From a virus (Duplodnaviria > Caudoviricetes), in IMG/VR virus record IMGVR_UViG_3300021357_000005, positions 1 to 37,393 of that record: a stretch of 37,393 nt of DNA. One strand, 5' to 3'. Of this stretch, positions 33,678 to 37,393 are shown in pieces. Under the pieces are notes generated by a model that had not been told where the DNA came from, searched no databases, and saw only the letters and a list, made by a program, of their open reading frames with translations. Within the stretch, counting starts at the first letter, position 1. Each line of letters opens with the position of its first letter. The translations under genes were made by a program, and so were the position numbers.

Positions 33678-34469
33678 TTATACCTCCCCTATTTTTTCAA
33701 AAGTAAATGTAGGAATTTTTGCATCCGTATATGCCTGAGCATTTTGATAAGCTTCCCCCATTTTTTGGTCAACATACGTTTGATTAACTCCTCCACCTTC
33801 ACCGCCACCAGTTGCAGAAATAACGTTAGTGTTAGAAATAGAGATATTTGCTCCTGCAGTATAGTTAAACTGCGGATCAGCACTGAGAGTATCCTCCGTC
33901 ATGGTTAACCCGCTGCCAACTTTTATTCCACCTTTAATTTCTTTTGATGCAGTGGGCAAAGCATATTCTTCCCCTGGTTCAATCACAGCGCTGATAATAC
34001 CATCCTCATCGATGTTAATATTTTGACCCGCAGAATAATTTTGAAGAAAATCAAGCTTCTGCTTCATTTCGAGAGTAAAGTTGTAGTCAGTTTGCTTTAT
34101 GGCGGACAATTTTCCTGTTTCATCAATGGTCAACAAATCACCAATTTTTACCCCACCGAGCTTATCAATGCCAGCGATTGGCAGCACGTAGTCACCTGCA
34201 CCAGAATTTAAAATCTTCTGATACATTTCAGCAGTGATAATCCCATCAGTGGTTTCATTCGCATGAGGAAGTTCCGTAATAACATTTTCTAACCCTAAAT
34301 CCGATTTGGTAATCATCACCGCTCCGATTTTTCCGTTAACAGAAAGTACCTTGGTTTCTCCTGCCATAATTTTTTCTAGTCCGATAACAGCTGAAGCATG
34401 AGTGATTGGCATAAACTGCCGTTGTACCCCGTGTTCATCCGTTTCCATCATTCGTTTTGACTTAGCCAT
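33678..34469 (-). CDS. Fibre segment protein with internal repeats
   Basis: VLSVNGKIGAV; Y.LP.A....GG.K.G x2; Y.AG.NI.I....ISA x2. Confidence 0.7.
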   Translation of the reverse strand: MAKSKRMMETDEHGVQRQFMPITHASAVIGLEKIMAGETKVLSVNGKIGAVMITKSDLGLENVITELPHANETTDGIITAEMYQKILNSGAGDYVLPIAGIDKLGGVKIGDLLTIDETGKLSAIKQTDYNFTLEMKQKLDFLQNYSAGQNINIDEDGIISAVIEPGEEYALPTASKEIKGGIKVGSGLTMTEDTLSADPQFNYTAGANISISNTNVISATGGGEGGGVNQTYVDQKMGEAYQNAQAYTDAKIPTFTFEKIGEV

Positions 34470-34471
34470 TC

Positions 34472-35380
34472 TTATATCACCCCGACTTTCTCAAGAGTGA
34501 ATACGTTTTGCTTTGGATCATCAATAGTCGCGATCACCAGAGCACCTTCTTCATTCGCATTGTTCACTGTTCCGATTTTTTCAACCTTATGATTATCGGA
34601 AAAGACATCATCTTGCAGAATATCTACTACTTCGATTTCCCCATAATCGATTGTGAAAAGGGATGCTCTAAGTTTTTTATATAAGTATTCAGCATCAGCC
34701 AATAAGCGTTCTGAAATAGAATTGTGCCGTTTTCCTTGAATGTCTACACGAGCATCCATCAATTCTGCCAACATTACTCCACCAGGATCAATCCCTTTTA
34801 GGATGTCTTTGATTGATTCAAACCAAAGAAGGTAATCTGATTCTTGACCTGCTCGCCATGATTCAAACGTTTCTTTTTGATATTTGCTCCAAGTCTCAAA
34901 CTCTTTCTTTCGATCGTTCATCCAATCAGTGAAGTCGCCCTTGTTTTCATTAAGGAAAGCAATCATGTCGATGATCAAATCTTCAACAGTCTGCCAGTAA
35001 GACCCCATTTCACCTTCTGTTTTTGAAACAGCACGAACGACAAAATAAGTGAAGTCTTGAGTGGTAGCAATCAAGTCATCGCCTTTGTAAAAGACTAGGT
35101 TCGCCGTTTGTTTATGAATAGCCTGCATTGAATACTCATCGAACGTGTACTGTACTTTACCGTTCTTCGCATCGATGATTTTTGCTGATCGCTGCACCGC
35201 AGAGTCATTAGTCAAAATTGCTTCAAAGTAGGCTTTACATCCTGTCAGGTCATATGGTTTACCATTCTCAGTGATCAGGGCTTCCATGACTTCTGAACTC
35301 CGGTTACCATTTCGAACTGTCATAATGCCAACATAATTGAAGCTATCAGTTGTGCTTAGTGAAACGTTCCATTTTGCCAT
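34472..35380 (-). CDS. Upper baseplate protein (BppU N-terminal domain)
   Basis: ITENGKPYDLTG, IIDAKNGKVQYTF, TQDF.Y.V; ELMDARVD. Confidence 0.8.
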   Translation of the reverse strand: MAKWNVSLSTTDSFNYVGIMTVRNGNRSSEVMEALITENGKPYDLTGCKAYFEAILTNDSAVQRSAKIIDAKNGKVQYTFDEYSMQAIHKQTANLVFYKGDDLIATTQDFTYFVVRAVSKTEGEMGSYWQTVEDLIIDMIAFLNENKGDFTDWMNDRKKEFETWSKYQKETFESWRAGQESDYLLWFESIKDILKGIDPGGVMLAELMDARVDIQGKRHNSISERLLADAEYLYKKLRASLFTIDYGEIEVVDILQDDVFSDNHKVEKIGTVNNANEEGALVIATIDDPKQNVFTLEKVGVI

Positions 35381-35865
35381 ATGTTCATCACTCCTTTCTC
35401 AAAATCAGGTGGAATACAAATAGATGCGATTTGATCAGAGTCAAAAAACTCTCGATCGTATTCAGCAACAATCTCCCCTGATTCAGCGTTTTGTTCGTAT
35501 GTTTGAATACGTTCGTTTTCTAATCCACGAATCACACCAGTATGCCCGAAATTTTTATGAGCTTTAAAAAACTCACTCACTTTTGCATTACGCTTCCAGT
35601 TTATGATTGCCCCTATAACTAAATCGTCATAGCTCGGTTCTTCAATCACTGACCAAAGATAAAGCGGCCATTGGTAAGCAGAACCAATATCGGCCGCAGA
35701 AAAAATTGGACCTCTACGAACAAGAACATCATATTTTGTTCCAGCTCCCATGTCAGGCCCAATCATTACACCAGCGTATTCCGCACTAAGCGCATAACAT
35801 TGATGATTACCAACCGGTTGATTTATCAAACTTTTTAAATGATTCAATCCTTTTCTATCTATCAC
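35356..35865 (-). CDS. Stand-alone CHAP-domain protein
   Basis: GNHQCYAL...FGHTGVI...YEQN catalytic Cys/His/Glu pattern. Confidence 0.75.
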   Translation of the reverse strand: MIDRKGLNHLKSLINQPVGNHQCYALSAEYAGVMIGPDMGAGTKYDVLVRRGPIFSAADIGSAYQWPLYLWSVIEEPSYDDLVIGAIINWKRNAKVSEFFKAHKNFGHTGVIRGLENERIQTYEQNAESGEIVAEYDREFFDSDQIASICIPPDFEKGVMNIWQNGTFH

Positions 35866-35875
35866 GCAATCACCT

Positions 35876-37393
35876 CTATTTCTTCGCTCTTGCTATACAT
35901 ACATCGCCACCATTTAATAACCAACCAAACGACATATCAACGCGTCCTACTCCGACACCGCCAGATTGCATTCCGCCCATCTCGATGATGGATGTAGTAT
36001 AGCCGTGCCAATCCTCGGCTAGAATCGCAGTATGTCCATTTGATCCAGCTCCGCCGCCTTGGTTTACAATCAACACGTCTCCGGCCTTCCCTTGGTTTTG
36101 AGGAATCTCAGTTAGCCAGTTTCTTGCGCCACGCGCATCACTTGTCATGGAACCTGTGTACCAGCCAACTCCTGGTGGCGTACGATACCCAGCTTTTGTT
36201 AAAACCAGCCAAACGAACGAAGAACAATCGGCATAGCCGTTCCTGTCTGGATTTTCAACAGAACCAAATTGCGTTCTTAATGGCATAGAATAATGAAAAT
36301 AACCTAGTAAACTTTTCGCAGTAGATAAAATACTTCCACCGCCACCAGATGAAATTTCCAAATCTTTGAACTTGTTGTACCAATTTACCGCCCATCCTTG
36401 ACGCTCAGGGTGTGTATTTGCTGGTCGTTCATAGTTTCTTTCAAATGCATACGCTGCTTGAGACGGATCAGTGATTGCTTTGAATGCTGCTTGAGTAGTT
36501 GGTTGAACGATTCCTAACCACTGGCCGTTGTACATCGTCCAATCTAACAACTTACCTTGAGCAGCCATTGTTCGATAATCCTCTGTGATACCAGCTGCAG
36601 CCATTAAACGTTGGACATAGGTCCGGCCATCGTAAGTAGGAGAACCAACAAGTGGATAGGCACTCCCATCCCATTGGACAATTCCGTAGGCAGGCCCGCC
36701 GATTTGAGCAATATCCGGATTCATGGAAACACCTGCTTCACCTTGAACGTTACCCAAGATACCTGCAGCAGCTGCTTTGGAGTACCCTTTAGACAGAAGG
36801 ATTACCCATAGTTCCCAAGCAAACTTGTCAGCTTGAGAAGTTACTCCTGGTGGGTATTCTCCGTTCCAGCCCCCTCCCGGATCAGTACCACCACCCTGAC
36901 CAGGAAACACTTCCTGACCTTTGATGGTTAGTTTGCCTTGAACATCTAAATCACCAAATACTCGCAACTTGCCTTGAATATTCATATCACCGTTATGAAT
37001 AGTGGTTCCGTTTGCGAGCATGATAAATCCTTTGCCTTTATTTGGTGATATTAAAATGTACTTCCCGCTGCCTTCAGTTCGGATTACCAGTGCGTTATCA
37101 GGAATTGGTGTTGGCGTTGAAGCATCAGGAAATGGATTGCCGGCAGAGTCCGTTGTTCCGATCGTTCCAATTTCTTTGCTACCACTCCAAAACTGCATCC
37201 CTTTTTTTGTCAGTTCCATTATCTTTTTATTGCTGTTTACGACCTGCAAAGCACCTTTTACTAGCTTTAACTGATCACCAACAGCATTAAATGAAGTTTC
37301 AAAAATATCAGCCCTAATACGTCCAGACTGGATATAGTTTGCATTGAAGTTGCCGTCAATTGTCCATGCAGTCTTGAAATTCGCTTCGTTGAA
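35876..37393 (-). CDS. Tail-associated lysin (Tal), allele B; 5'-truncated; tail lysozyme + NlpC/P60-like peptidase
   Basis: Frame open to the window edge (FNEANFKTAWTIDGNF...); AAAGILGNVQGE, GIVQWDG, FERNYERP; YSM...DCSSFV...GHT. Confidence 0.9.
   Translation of the reverse strand, partial: FNEANFKTAWTIDGNFNANYIQSGRIRADIFETSFNAVGDQLKLVKGALQVVNSNKKIMELTKKGMQFWSGSKEIGTIGTTDSAGNPFPDASTPTPIPDNALVIRTEGSGKYILISPNKGKGFIMLANGTTIHNGDMNIQGKLRVFGDLDVQGKLTIKGQEVFPGQGGGTDPGGGWNGEYPPGVTSQADKFAWELWVILLSKGYSKAAAAGILGNVQGEAGVSMNPDIAQIGGPAYGIVQWDGSAYPLVGSPTYDGRTYVQRLMAAAGITEDYRTMAAQGKLLDWTMYNGQWLGIVQPTTQAAFKAITDPSQAAYAFERNYERPANTHPERQGWAVNWYNKFKDLEISSGGGGSILSTAKSLLGYFHYSMPLRTQFGSVENPDRNGYADCSSFVWLVLTKAGYRTPPGVGWYTGSMTSDARGARNWLTEIPQNQGKAGDVLIVNQGGGAGSNGHTAILAEDWHGYTTSIIEMGGMQSGGVGVGRVDMSFGWLLNGGDVCIARAKK

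Noticed and set aside
36487-37393. Diversity-generating retroelement or invertible shufflon explaining the two Tal versions
   Set aside because: Differences are mostly synonymous, not adenine-specific, and include indels; both copies are in direct orientation; no reverse transcriptase or invertase gene is present.

Overview
The whole window is a phage genome of roughly unit length (about 36.5 kb): a Firmicutes siphovirus, most likely of Enterococcus judging from the lysin cell-wall-binding module and early genes. It is circularly permuted inside the tail-tip (Tal) gene. Almost all genes are on the minus strand. Read from high to low coordinates, the order is: Tal C-terminus, CHAP, BppU/fibre chain, holins, endolysin | three-gene plus-strand operon | cro, Gam, ERF, HNH, replication initiator with iterons, DnaB, VRR-NUC, SSB, small early genes, ArpU/RinA activator, structured non-coding leader with tRNA-like elements, terminases, portal, head, tail, Tal N-terminus. 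Main points: (1) the only plus-strand operon (29643-30573) is an anti-CRISPR locus, with an AcrIIA1 homologue, two uncharacterised upstream genes (candidate new Acr/Aca proteins) and a 20-bp palindromic operator in its promoter; (2) no integrase or cI gene is present, although the cro promoter keeps its operators; (3) the two ends overlap by about 0.9 kb but carry diverged alleles of Tal; (4) several recoding signals occur: capsid-Ig and tail-chaperone frameshifts, an apparent AUA start for the tape measure gene, and an internal start in the endolysin. All family assignments are by eye from motifs and remembered sequences; no database search was run.
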